NCBI GenBank assembly: GCA_964387845.1
Contig: CAYLXA010000007.1
Location: 50,481-114,480 of the forward strand
Direction: 5' to 3'
Source: an uncultured bacterium
Lineage (GTDB): Bacteria > Omnitrophota > Omnitrophia > Omnitrophales > Abzuiibacteriaceae
DNA: 64,000 nucleotides
The notes beneath the pieces were generated by a model. The model was not told the origin of the DNA. It did no database searches and saw only the letters and a program-made list of their open reading frames with translations. Positions 1-9,184 of this stretch are shown one piece after another (the stretch's first letter is position 1; every line of letters starts with the position of its first letter). Both the position numbers and the translations under genes were made by a program.

Positions 1-223
1 TCAGATTCTTAAGATCGACGTCCGATTCATCGGTAACTTGATAAATACTTTCTGCGATATCATCAATAAAATTTTTCCCGCCTTTAGACACTTCGGTTTT
101 CATTTTTGTGGAAGCCAAAACGCGGAAATGATCATTCATTAAAGCGGTCAGCATCTTGGTGCCGCCCAAATCAATGCCGACAATATATTTTTTCTTTTTC
201 TTATTTTTTTTCTTTTTTGCCAT
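1..223 (-). CDS. ROK-family sugar kinase (glucokinase-like), N-terminal part only; gene continues beyond window start
   Basis: Reverse-strand translation from ATG at 223-221 gives MAKKKKNKKKKYIVGIDLGGTKMLTAL..., the ROK/glucokinase N-terminal ATP-binding motif (IGIDLGGTK). Confidence 0.6.
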   Translation of the reverse strand, partial: MAKKKKNKKKKKYIVGIDLGGTKMLTALMNDHFRVLASTKMKTEVSKGGKNFIDDIAESIYQVTDESDVDLKNL

Positions 224-225
224 CG

Positions 226-1170
226 CTAATTCCTTGACACTGCAAGCTCGGGAAAGTTAAGTTTTTGCCAGCCGGTCCCCTGATGACCAAAGCTGAAAAG
301 CTCCGGGTGAAAAATCTCTGCCAAAATTTCAAATGATTCCAAAAGCCTCGGGCCGGGCCGGTTAAAATATTGATTACCGTCCGCCAAAAACACCTTTCTT
401 TCGCGCACCGCTTTTAACTGGTTCCAACCGGGCTGCGCAAAAAGCGGTTCTAATTCGGTTTTGGTCCGGGCCATATCAAATCCGCACGGCACAATCATGA
501 TCACATCCGGATCTGCTTCTTTTAACTTTTCCCACTCAAGCCAGGGAGAATGTTTTCCGGCTTCGCCAAATAAATTATCAGCACCGGCTGCTTCCACGAG
601 TTCCGGAACCCAATTACCGGACGTCATTAAAGGATCGATCCATTCCAAAAGCACGGTACGCGGACGGTTATTTGCTTGGTGCGCTTTTTTGGCAATGGCT
701 GCCATTTGATTTTCCATATCCCGGACAAGTTTTTCGCCATTTTGTTTCACACCAAGCTCGCCGGCAATTTTCAAAATATCCGAGAAAACATCTGAAAGTG
801 AATTGGGTTTGAACGAAATGATTCTTGCCTTAGATCCCATCATTTCACAAACTGCTTGTTCTACATCCTTCAAACTTACCGCACAAACCTCGCACTGATC
901 CTGAGTCAGGATAAAATCGGGCGCCAGAGATTTAAGTTTTGCAGAATCGATCTCATAGATAGAGATCGCATTGTGCGCGAGCGATTTGACCGCCCGGTCG
1001 ATCTCGGAGCTTTTGGCATAAATATCAATCTTGGGCTTGCTGAGCTGCGGAAGTTCTTTAACGGATCCGGGGAAATCACACTCATGCGAGCGGCCGATTA
1101 ATTGATCTCGGAGCCCAAGTGCGCAAATAATTTCTGTTGCGCTCGACAGCAGAGATACAATTTTCGGCAT
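226..1170 (-). CDS. Periplasmic-binding-protein fold, cobalamin/siderophore ABC substrate-binding family (BtuF/FhuD-like); no obvious signal peptide
   Basis: 314 aa; N-terminus KIVSLLSSATEIICALGLRDQLIGRS matches class III PBP (BtuF-like) start; stop 2 nt from ROK start. Confidence 0.6.
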   Translation of the reverse strand: MPKIVSLLSSATEIICALGLRDQLIGRSHECDFPGSVKELPQLSKPKIDIYAKSSEIDRAVKSLAHNAISIYEIDSAKLKSLAPDFILTQDQCEVCAVSLKDVEQAVCEMMGSKARIISFKPNSLSDVFSDILKIAGELGVKQNGEKLVRDMENQMAAIAKKAHQANNRPRTVLLEWIDPLMTSGNWVPELVEAAGADNLFGEAGKHSPWLEWEKLKEADPDVIMIVPCGFDMARTKTELEPLFAQPGWNQLKAVRERKVFLADGNQYFNRPGPRLLESFEILAEIFHPELFSFGHQGTGWQKLNFPELAVSRN

Positions 1171-1199
1171 AAAACACCTTCTGTCGCATTGAACACCCT

Positions 1200-1730
1200 T
1201 TAATTGATCGCGACAATGCGAGAATCGCGCAACGCAGGATTGATACGCTCAAACGACCAACTCAACCCAAAAAGAACAACGGTAAACAGCATATCGCCGG
1301 CTAAAGTATTTCTGAAAAACGGGAGCGCCATGGCGAAACATTCCACAAGCCCAGCCATAGTCTTAGGATACAACGTGTCAATGAGCCATACGCCGAAATT
1401 AGTAATCATAAAAAACATGACGGAACTTGCAAGCGCCGCAATCAAAATATTGCCGGCGCTTTTCTTTTGCCGAAGCCAAAACCCGATGCCAATCACCAAA
1501 GCCAGGCAGCCATAAGTCGCGATTACTTGACTATGAAAACCAATTACCAGATCGCTTAACAAGAGCGCGCCGAAAGTGACCAGAAAAGCAGCACGTTTAT
1601 CGGAAAACTGTGCACCGCCAAAAAGCGCCATCGCCACAACGGGCGTTAAGTTCGGTGGATGAGGAATCAGCCGTGAAGCAGCTGCGGATAAGGTTAACGC
1701 AAGCAGCATCCAAAATCTGGGTTTTAACAT
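1200..1730 (-). CDS. Hypothetical polytopic membrane protein (small transporter-component-like)
   Basis: 176 aa, 5-6 hydrophobic helices; SD AAGGAG upstream; immediately upstream of BtuF-like gene. Confidence 0.4.
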   Translation of the reverse strand: MLKPRFWMLLALTLSAAASRLIPHPPNLTPVVAMALFGGAQFSDKRAAFLVTFGALLLSDLVIGFHSQVIATYGCLALVIGIGFWLRQKKSAGNILIAALASSVMFFMITNFGVWLIDTLYPKTMAGLVECFAMALPFFRNTLAGDMLFTVVLFGLSWSFERINPALRDSRIVAIN

Positions 1731-1813
1731 TCAGTGTCTCCTTTTCGTCAATGACGAGTTATACAATAAACTTAATTATCGTTCTGATATGTAAAATCTT
1801 GGTAAGAAAAAAC

Positions 1814-3589
1814 TTAACCAAAACGCTTTTGCGTTGAGGTAAGTTCGTCGCGAATTTTTTTCGGTAAACGGCTGCCAATCCTATCAAAATGTTCGAGCTG
1901 GCTCTTAAGCTCTTCGGCCCATTCTGCTTTATCGACCTTGAGAAGCGCTTCCATCGTTTCCTTAGAAAGATTCAAGCCTTCCAAATTAAGCGCGTCCGGA
2001 GTCGGCACATTTCCGATCGGCGTTTCCACTGCCTTTCCTTTTCCTTGGCAACGCTCTAAAATCCAGTTAATGACGCGCAAGTTTTCGCCGAATCCCGGCC
2101 ACATAAATTTGCCATTTTGATCAACCCGGAACCAGTTTACGTGGAAAATTTTGGGCGCATTCTTGATTTTCTTGCCCATATTGACCCAATGCTGAATGTA
2201 ATCTCCAACGTGATAACCCATAAATGGAAGCATTGCCATCGGATCACGGCGGACAACACCGACTGCCGATGTTGCAGCAGCAGTTGTTTCAGAGGCCATG
2301 GTGGCACCGATGTAAGTTCCGTGATTCCAGTTTTTGGATTCATATACAAGCGGCGCTACTTTCGCGCGGCGGCCGCCGAAAATAATCGCGCTCAGAGGAA
2401 CGCCCTTCGGATTTTGCCACTCGGGCGAAATGCACGGACATTGCGCGGCAGGCGCTGCAAAACGGCTGTTCGGATGCGCAGCTTTGTCTTTTGAAGCCGG
2501 CGTCCAGTGCTCGCCTTTCCAATTAATACCTTCTGCGGGAGCGGGCTCGTCGCTTCCTTCCCACCAAAGTGTTTTATCTTTTTTCACAAGCACGTTGGTG
2601 TAAACCGTGTTTTTCTGAATGGTCGCAAGCGCGTTCGGATTGGATTTGGAATTGGTTCCCGGCACAACACCAAAAAATCCGGCTTCCGGATTAATCGCCC
2701 AGAGGCGTCCGTCTTCGCCGATGCTGAGCCATGCGATATCGTCACCGACCGTCCAAACTTTGTAGCCTTGTTTACGCAACGCTTCAGGCGCGATCATCAT
2801 CGCGAGGTTTGTCTTGCCGCATTGACTTGGGAAAGCCGCCGCGATGTAATGAATTTCACCTTTTGGATTTTGAATGCCGGTAATCAGCATATGTTCCGCC
2901 ATCCAACCCTGGGTTTTACCCAAATAGCTGCCAATCCTGAGTGCCAAACACTTTTTGCCGAGAAGCGCGTTTCCGCCGTATGCGGAACCGACGGACCAAA
3001 TCGTGTTGTCTTCCGGAAAATGCGCAATGAAGCGGCGATTGATGTTGAGGTCAGCCTTACTGTGCAAACAGCGCGTAAATTCCGGAGAATTGCCGAGATG
3101 TTTCCAAGCGGCCTCGCCCATACGGGTCATGATGCCCATACTGAGCGTGACATACAAACTATCAGTTAATTGAATGCCGACTTTACTGAATTTGGAACCG
3201 GCAGGACCCATAATGAAAGGCACTACGTACATCGTACGGCCCTTCATGGAACCTTTGAAAATACCGGATAATTTTTCGTAAGCTTCTTTGGGTGCCATCC
3301 AATTATTCGTCGGGCCTGCGTCTTCTTTATTTTGTGTACAGATGAAAGTGAGATGTTCGGTGCGGGCAACATCATTGACGTCGGAGCGATGATGATAGCA
3401 ACCGGGGAGTTTTTTCTGATCCAGCTCTTCTAATTCACCTGTTTTGAGGCATTGGCCAATCAGTTCCTTTTTTTCCTGTTCGGAACCATCGCAAAAGTGA
3501 ATATGATCCGGTTGACAGAGCTTAGTCATCTCGTCAATCCATTGAAGCGCCGCTTTATTAGAGGTAAGGGTCGTTTCCAGTGTCATCAT
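1814..3589 (-). CDS. pckG: Phosphoenolpyruvate carboxykinase (GTP)
   Basis: 591 aa; typical GTP-PEPCK length and motifs (..FPSQCGKTNLAMM.., ..WMAEHMLI..). Confidence 0.9.
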   Translation of the reverse strand: MMTLETTLTSNKAALQWIDEMTKLCQPDHIHFCDGSEQEKKELIGQCLKTGELEELDQKKLPGCYHHRSDVNDVARTEHLTFICTQNKEDAGPTNNWMAPKEAYEKLSGIFKGSMKGRTMYVVPFIMGPAGSKFSKVGIQLTDSLYVTLSMGIMTRMGEAAWKHLGNSPEFTRCLHSKADLNINRRFIAHFPEDNTIWSVGSAYGGNALLGKKCLALRIGSYLGKTQGWMAEHMLITGIQNPKGEIHYIAAAFPSQCGKTNLAMMIAPEALRKQGYKVWTVGDDIAWLSIGEDGRLWAINPEAGFFGVVPGTNSKSNPNALATIQKNTVYTNVLVKKDKTLWWEGSDEPAPAEGINWKGEHWTPASKDKAAHPNSRFAAPAAQCPCISPEWQNPKGVPLSAIIFGGRRAKVAPLVYESKNWNHGTYIGATMASETTAAATSAVGVVRRDPMAMLPFMGYHVGDYIQHWVNMGKKIKNAPKIFHVNWFRVDQNGKFMWPGFGENLRVINWILERCQGKGKAVETPIGNVPTPDALNLEGLNLSKETMEALLKVDKAEWAEELKSQLEHFDRIGSRLPKKIRDELTSTQKRFG

Positions 3590-3687
3590 GGCTATTCTTA
3601 AAAATCAGATAATATAGATTACTTTTTTCGTCAACTTGCAGGCTTTTAGTCTATAAAACTGCGTGAATTTTGTCAAACTGAGAATGG

Positions 3688-4236
3688 CTATCGCCACTTA
3701 ATGGAGCAACCCATGGAGGGGACTTGATTTGCAGGAATTGGCTTACCATCAACGAGGCAGTCTATGGCCTCTTTCAACTCCTGTTTCTTCACCTTGGATT
3801 CTTCTTTCCAATTGTCATCCAAGCGGCCGTGATAGACGAGTTCGTGATTAACGTCAAACAGATAAAGGTCGGGGGTGCACTGTGCCTGGAATTTCTTGGC
3901 AATTCCCTGCGTTTCATCAACCAAATACGGAAATTGCAAATCCCATGCCTCGATATTGTCCCTCATTTTCTCAGGCGCATCTTCCGGATAACCCGGATGA
4001 ATATTGGGATTAATCGCAACCGTGTTCACATCCATTTCTTTGGCGTATTTCGCAAGCTTGATCAAGCGCGGCCAGATTGCCTGTGCGTAAGGACAATGGT
4101 TGCACGTAAAAACCACAAGCAACCCTTTCCTGCCCATGAGCTGCCGGCCCGAAAAATGTTCACCGTATGGATCCGGCAGGTCAAATGCCGGCATTTTGTT
4201 TCCGAGCGGAAGTTTTAAAGATTCGACGAGTGCCAT
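3688..4236 (-). CDS. Thioredoxin-fold protein with CxxC (CNHC) motif
   Basis: 182 aa; LLVVFTCNHCPYAQA redox motif, thioredoxin-like topology. Confidence 0.6.
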   Translation of the reverse strand: MALVESLKLPLGNKMPAFDLPDPYGEHFSGRQLMGRKGLLVVFTCNHCPYAQAIWPRLIKLAKYAKEMDVNTVAINPNIHPGYPEDAPEKMRDNIEAWDLQFPYLVDETQGIAKKFQAQCTPDLYLFDVNHELVYHGRLDDNWKEESKVKKQELKEAIDCLVDGKPIPANQVPSMGCSIKWR

Positions 4237-4243
4237 AATTTTA

Positions 4244-4272
4244 ATATCAAAATCTAAATTTCAAATATCAAA
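4244..4272. promoter_or_regulatory. AT-rich cis-element ATATCAAAATCTAAATTTCAAATATCAAAA, shared with 8733-8754; flanked by inverted GATATTTGA/TTTGAATTT words
   Basis: Near-identical 15-22 nt words recur in the two intergenic regions at 4237-4318 and 8669-8866. Confidence 0.3.
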
Positions 4273-4318
4273 ACATCTTTTGAATTTTGATATTTGATAT
4301 TTGAATTTATGTTGCTGG

Positions 4319-6199
4319 TTATTGAGGTTTGTCGGTGAAACTTTCTTTCAAGTTATTATAAATTTGCCTGGCTTTTTGATTGTTCGGATCCAAGCTCATC
4401 ACAGTTTCGAGCGATTTTCTGGCATCCACATAAAGCCCCTGCGCCAAATATGCGACCGCTAAATTTAAATGTGCTTCCGGGTCATTCCAGTTTTGATTAA
4501 GTGCAAACTGAAGCTCCATCTGAGCCGCATCAAAACGCCGGGCCCGATTATAAAGCATTCCCAGATTCTTGTGAAGCTGCGCTTCCTGCTTAGGCGTCTT
4601 TGCGTACTGTAATCCTTCACGAAATACGCCGTCCGCCATCGGATACCTTTCCAACTGCGTTAAGCAAACACCGAGAATTCCGTAAATGTCCGGATCATCT
4701 TTCTTGCTCCTCAATAGACCGGCATACTCTTGAGCGCATTGCTCCCAAAGTCCCAATTGATAATAAGATTCGCCGAGCCGCTTGTGGCATTCAATGGTCG
4801 GATTGATCTTGCAGGCATTTTCAAATCCGTCAATCGCGTCTTTTTGCCGCCCGGTTTTTAAATAAAGATTTCCAAGCCGTATGAAAATTTCTGACGGCTG
4901 ATCAGCATTCATTTCATTGATCTCGCCGCGTACGGTTTGACTGGGAGCTGCTTGAAGCGCAAGCGATAGAAAATCGTAGGCTTTCTGATAATTGCCGAGA
5001 TGAAAGTAAGACCATCCTAAATTGCTTAATACTTTCGGATTCCTGTTTTGGATGCGCAGAGCTTCCGTCAATAATTTTGCGGCTTCGTCGTATTTTGCGC
5101 GCCTCATCTGAACAGCCGCCATATTGATTTTCGCATCGTAATTTTTCGGATCCAAGACAAGCGCACGATTCCATGCGTAAAATGCCGGTTCATAATTTTC
5201 CTTGTTAAAATGAGAGATGCCAAGCCAGTTTAAGGCGTCGGCTTTCATCGGATTTTGGCTGGCGACGGTAAAAAGATCCACGGCGGTACCGAGCTCCTGA
5301 ATAGCTTCCTCATATTTGCCCAATTTTGCATATAAAATTCCCAAATCAAGCCGCGCTTGGGGATTTTGAGGATTTAATTTAATCGCCGCCTGCCAGGCCT
5401 TGACGGCTTCGTCGGTTTTGCCGAGTTTGATTTCGAAAACACCAAGCCAATAATAAAAATCGAACGATTGTTCGGTTTGGACTAACTTTTTATAAGCCGA
5501 CAGCAACTGCCCTGCATATCCTTGTTCGATAAATTCCGTTCCCTTTTTAAAATCAACTTCCCGGACAAGCCGTATAATTTCGCGGTTCACCGGGTCAAAC
5601 GCCGTCGGCGTCTGCCGATCCGCGACAGGATACATCATCGAGCGAGAATCTTTGGTGTGGATGGCACCGAAAAGATGGCCGAGTTCGTGCGCGAGCACAG
5701 TTTCCTCCTGGACTTTAAGCAAAGGCTGCGCCGGATAGCGCATGATGAGGTAGCCGGAAAAGGGCCTCGCGCGCCCAATCACATCGAGGTCGCGAAGGCT
5801 CGTTAAATTCTGATAGGACCGGAGCCGCGTGAGGCCGATGACAATATCAACCTGCGCTTTCTCAAGCGGAAAGCTATTTCTCAAATCTTCGATCAAGTAG
5901 CCGGAATCATCGATGTCGCCTCCGAGCTTCCATTCCCAAACCACCACCGGCACAAAGCGAATTTGAAATTCACGTTCAAAAATTTGGGATGCATAGGCAA
6001 GCCGCTCTTTGAATTTTTCTTTCCAGGCAGTATCCGCGCGGATATCCTGTGTTGCGGCAATGCCGACTCTGAGCTCACGCAAAGTATCCGCATTCGCCGG
6101 ATAACTCGCTAATAAAATCAAAAAGAGAAAAGACGGGAAAAATTTTCTAAGAAATGAGACGTGGTTTTGGGTTTGAGGGATAATTGGACATTCCGGCAT
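4319..6199 (-). CDS. Secreted metzincin-like zinc metalloprotease domain fused to TPR repeats
   Basis: 626 aa; hydrophobic N-terminus; HELGHLFGAIH (HExxHxxGxxH) followed by Met-turn SMMYP; C-terminal half is multiple TPR repeats. Confidence 0.6.
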   Translation of the reverse strand: MPECPIIPQTQNHVSFLRKFFPSFLFLILLASYPANADTLRELRVGIAATQDIRADTAWKEKFKERLAYASQIFEREFQIRFVPVVVWEWKLGGDIDDSGYLIEDLRNSFPLEKAQVDIVIGLTRLRSYQNLTSLRDLDVIGRARPFSGYLIMRYPAQPLLKVQEETVLAHELGHLFGAIHTKDSRSMMYPVADRQTPTAFDPVNREIIRLVREVDFKKGTEFIEQGYAGQLLSAYKKLVQTEQSFDFYYWLGVFEIKLGKTDEAVKAWQAAIKLNPQNPQARLDLGILYAKLGKYEEAIQELGTAVDLFTVASQNPMKADALNWLGISHFNKENYEPAFYAWNRALVLDPKNYDAKINMAAVQMRRAKYDEAAKLLTEALRIQNRNPKVLSNLGWSYFHLGNYQKAYDFLSLALQAAPSQTVRGEINEMNADQPSEIFIRLGNLYLKTGRQKDAIDGFENACKINPTIECHKRLGESYYQLGLWEQCAQEYAGLLRSKKDDPDIYGILGVCLTQLERYPMADGVFREGLQYAKTPKQEAQLHKNLGMLYNRARRFDAAQMELQFALNQNWNDPEAHLNLAVAYLAQGLYVDARKSLETVMSLDPNNQKARQIYNNLKESFTDKPQ

Positions 6200-8082
6200 T
6201 AGCTTGACTTGATGATTCCGTCTTCCAGCCAGCTGTAGTGGCCATCCAACACATTCATCGCGACTTTGTAGCCCATTTTATCGTCACTTTTAATCAAACC
6301 GTGGAACTGACGCTTGATGCGGCGTTCGGCTTCCCGTGAGAGCATGTTCGCCAGGTCGAGCGGGCTGCGGTCTGTCGGGTTTTTGGCGTAAAGCGCCGCC
6401 GCACGTGAGCAGCTGGTTGCAATTCCAAAGAGATCGCAGCCGATGTTGACAATCCGGAATAAAATCCGCTGTTTTTTCTCGAGTCCCGCTTGATGCTTGA
6501 CCATCACATGAAAAAGCGAGCGGGCCAGTTTTCGTGAAGTCCGGTCAACAAAATCAAAATGTTTCCTGAGTTCGCCGGGCACAGGCCCCTTCAGTGACGC
6601 ACGCTTCCAAAAAAACCACAGCTGCGGATACCAAACTACGTAAAAAAGTCCGGCTTTAATCGTAATCAGAATTTTATCTTTCAAACTGGTCTTTGGGTTC
6701 ATGAGCGGCAGGATAAATTTTAAATGCTGGTCCATCGCTTCGCGCGCGATAAAAAGGCGCATGATTTCGCTTGTGCCTTCAATAATCAAATTAATGCGCA
6801 CATCGCGCATCGCACGTTCGACGGGAATTCCGGCTTCACCGCGTTTGCGGAGCGACTCGGCCGTTTCGTAGCCGCGGCCGCCGCGGATTTGGACCGTATC
6901 ATCCACCACCCGCCAGCCACCTTCCGTACAGAACAGTTTCGCCATCGCCGCTTCCAGCCGGATGTCGCTCTTTTTCTGATCCGCCATGTGCGAACTGAGC
7001 AGCATCACACTTTCAATCGCAAACGTGGTGGCCGCCATGGACGCCAATTTATAAGCAATGGCGTCGTGCTTTCCGATGACAGATCCCCACTGCTCGCGCT
7101 CATTGGCCCAATGCCGCGAAACGTTCAAACACCATTTCGAAACACCGCTCATGGCAGCCGGTAAAGTCAGGCGGCCGGTATTAAGCGTCATCAAAGCAAG
7201 CTTTAATCCTTGCCCAATCCCCCACAAAATATTTTCCTTCGGGACTTTAACATTATTGAATCTCAACAAGCCGTTTTGAATCCCGTGAAGGCCCATGAAA
7301 CTGCACCGGTGGATCACTTCAAAGCCAGGCATACTGGTTTCAACGATAAATGCAGTTATCTTCTTCTTTTCTTTTCCGTTAACCATCACCGGCGTCTGCG
7401 CCATCACAATCAAAATATCGGCTGCCGTGCCGTTCGTGCACCAAAGTTTTTCGCCGTTCAGCACATAATATTCACCGCCTTCAACAGGCGTCGCGGTTGT
7501 TTTCATTTTGGCCGGATCAGATCCGACATCGGGTTCCGTGAGTGCAAACGCAGAAACAGCGCCCTGGGCAAATCGCGGTAAATATTTTTTCTTCTGCTCT
7601 TCCGTTCCGAATAGCATGAGCGGCTGCGGAACGCCGATTGATTGATGAGCGGAAAGCCACACGGTCGTGGATCCGCAATAACTGGAGATGAGCTGCATTG
7701 CGCGGTTGTAATTGAGCTGTGAAAGCCCGAGGCCGCCGTATTCCTTTGGAACTTTCATCGCAAAACAGCCCAACTTGGCAAGGCCTTCCAAAACTTTCTT
7801 CGGAATTTCGCCGGTTTTATCGACGGCGTCAGGATCTAAATTTTCACGCAGGAATACTTCAAGCTCTTGGCAAAACCGGTCGCCTACTTTGCGGTCTTCC
7901 GGGCTTTGCTCGGGAAACGGGAAAATCATGTCCCAACAGCATTTGCCCGCAAAAAGCTGCGCCAGGAAACTGGGCTGTTTCCACTCTTTTTCGCGGGATT
8001 CTTCCGCAACTTCAAGCGCCTGTTTCTTGCTTTCGTCGATCCCTTTAACATATTCCATGTTGGTTCCCCGGAATTGATGCAA
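6199..8082 (-). CDS. Acyl-CoA dehydrogenase family protein (long FadE-like form)
   Basis: 627 aa; ACAD N/middle/C domains (..IRGGRGYETAESL..), extra C-terminal extension. Confidence 0.8.
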   Translation of the reverse strand: MHQFRGTNMEYVKGIDESKKQALEVAEESREKEWKQPSFLAQLFAGKCCWDMIFPFPEQSPEDRKVGDRFCQELEVFLRENLDPDAVDKTGEIPKKVLEGLAKLGCFAMKVPKEYGGLGLSQLNYNRAMQLISSYCGSTTVWLSAHQSIGVPQPLMLFGTEEQKKKYLPRFAQGAVSAFALTEPDVGSDPAKMKTTATPVEGGEYYVLNGEKLWCTNGTAADILIVMAQTPVMVNGKEKKKITAFIVETSMPGFEVIHRCSFMGLHGIQNGLLRFNNVKVPKENILWGIGQGLKLALMTLNTGRLTLPAAMSGVSKWCLNVSRHWANEREQWGSVIGKHDAIAYKLASMAATTFAIESVMLLSSHMADQKKSDIRLEAAMAKLFCTEGGWRVVDDTVQIRGGRGYETAESLRKRGEAGIPVERAMRDVRINLIIEGTSEIMRLFIAREAMDQHLKFILPLMNPKTSLKDKILITIKAGLFYVVWYPQLWFFWKRASLKGPVPGELRKHFDFVDRTSRKLARSLFHVMVKHQAGLEKKQRILFRIVNIGCDLFGIATSCSRAAALYAKNPTDRSPLDLANMLSREAERRIKRQFHGLIKSDDKMGYKVAMNVLDGHYSWLEDGIIKSS

Positions 8083-8161
8083 AAGTTAGATTTAACGAGC
8101 CATTAAAAGTCTAGATGATATATCGACAGAATGGAAGAGTTGAGTGAGCTATTTTTAGGGG

Positions 8162-8668
8162 TCAAAACGGCGATGCGGCGACCAGGGCCGCCTGAATATA
8201 AACCAGCTGAATCCACACCGGAACCGCGCTTGGATCCGATACGCTCCGCTCGCCAGTGACTTTGGTCACGCCGATGGCAATCCAGACAAAACCCGTTAAA
8301 CGCTTAAAGAAATTTTGAAAAACCGGTTCCGCGACTGCATCATTCGGAATTTGGAGCAATACCCCAACCAGCACAAGCCCGAGCCAAACCGCGCCGCTCG
8401 GCCATCTGGAAAGTTTGCGGATATTGACGAAAAAAGCCTGGGCAGCGCAAATCATAAGGACGATACCCATCGCCAAAAAAGAAACGTGGCCGCGCCTTAA
8501 AAATGGTTCCAGACAAAACAAGCCGAATAAAAATGCAAACAAAGGCCATAAGAAAAGGGATTTCGGAATCAAAGAAGACGATTTTGCTTCAAGCAATGCA
8601 AAAGTAGCCATCGCGATGAGAAGCCCTGCCGCAACCCAGTGACTGATGATCGGAATATAGGGATTCAT
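8162..8668 (-). CDS. Hypothetical membrane protein
   Basis: 168 aa, 4-5 TM helices; no recognisable family. Confidence 0.45.
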   Translation of the reverse strand: MNPYIPIISHWVAAGLLIAMATFALLEAKSSSLIPKSLFLWPLFAFLFGLFCLEPFLRRGHVSFLAMGIVLMICAAQAFFVNIRKLSRWPSGAVWLGLVLVGVLLQIPNDAVAEPVFQNFFKRLTGFVWIAIGVTKVTGERSVSDPSAVPVWIQLVYIQAALVAASPF

Positions 8669-8732
8669 TCTGGTTTAAATGACGGCTCAAATTTGGCGAT
8701 TCTTTAACTCAATAGAGTATAATAAAACCCAA

Positions 8733-8754
8733 TTTCAAATATCAAAATCTAAAA
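8733..8754. promoter_or_regulatory. Second copy of AT-rich cis-element TTTCAAATATCAAAATCTAAAA plus ATTTGAAAT repeats, in divergent intergenic region
   Basis: Shares TTTCAAATATCAAAA / ATCAAAATCTAAA / GATATTTGA / TTTGAATTT words with 4237-4318. Confidence 0.3.
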
Positions 8755-8866
8755 CAAATTCTAAATTTAAATGTTTCAATAGCCGTTTTGAAATTCAATA
8801 TTTAGTAATTTGAAATTGTTTGGATATTTGAAATTTGACATTTGAATTTAAATATGAGGAGGACTC

Positions 8867-9172
8867 ATGGGAAATTTCACAAAAGCAGCATCGGCAAAAG
8901 ATATTCAAGACGGTGCTGGAGTCGCTGTAGAAGTCGGCGGAAAATCAATTGCTGTTTTTAATTGCGGCGGACAATTCTACGCCATCGATAATACTTGCAA
9001 ACATCGCGGCGGCCCGCTTGGGGAAGGCAGTTTGGACGGCAATGTGGTCACCTGCCCCTGGCACGGCTGGCAATTTGATATTACAAACGGAAATTGTGTC
9101 ACCAACCCTGCCGGTAAAGTGGAGTCTTATCCTGTCAAAGTCGAAGGCAGCGATATTTTAGTTGAGATTTAG
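8867..9172 (+). CDS. Rieske [2Fe-2S] domain protein (NirD/small Rieske ferredoxin-like)
   Basis: 101 aa; CKHRGGPL...CPWHGWQF Rieske boxes; strong SD GAGGAGG 6 nt upstream. Confidence 0.8.
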   Translation: MGNFTKAASAKDIQDGAGVAVEVGGKSIAVFNCGGQFYAIDNTCKHRGGPLGEGSLDGNVVTCPWHGWQFDITNGNCVTNPAGKVESYPVKVEGSDILVEI

Positions 9173-9184
9173 AAAAAACTTGTT

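Noticed and set aside
1806-1835. Hairpin AACGC-aaaa-GCGTT plus T-run at the pckG 3' end, considered as an intrinsic terminator
   Set aside because: Stem is only 5 bp and lies within the last codons; too weak to call.
2507-3169. 220-aa plus-strand ORF, with several others at 2117-2603, inside the pckG region
   Set aside because: Antisense to a high-confidence PEPCK gene; no recognisable protein features; typical shadow ORFs in GC-balanced coding DNA.
8669-8866. AT-rich repeated words considered as a CRISPR array
   Set aside because: Repeats are short (9-22 nt), irregularly spaced, and have no unique spacers of uniform length; no cas genes in the window.
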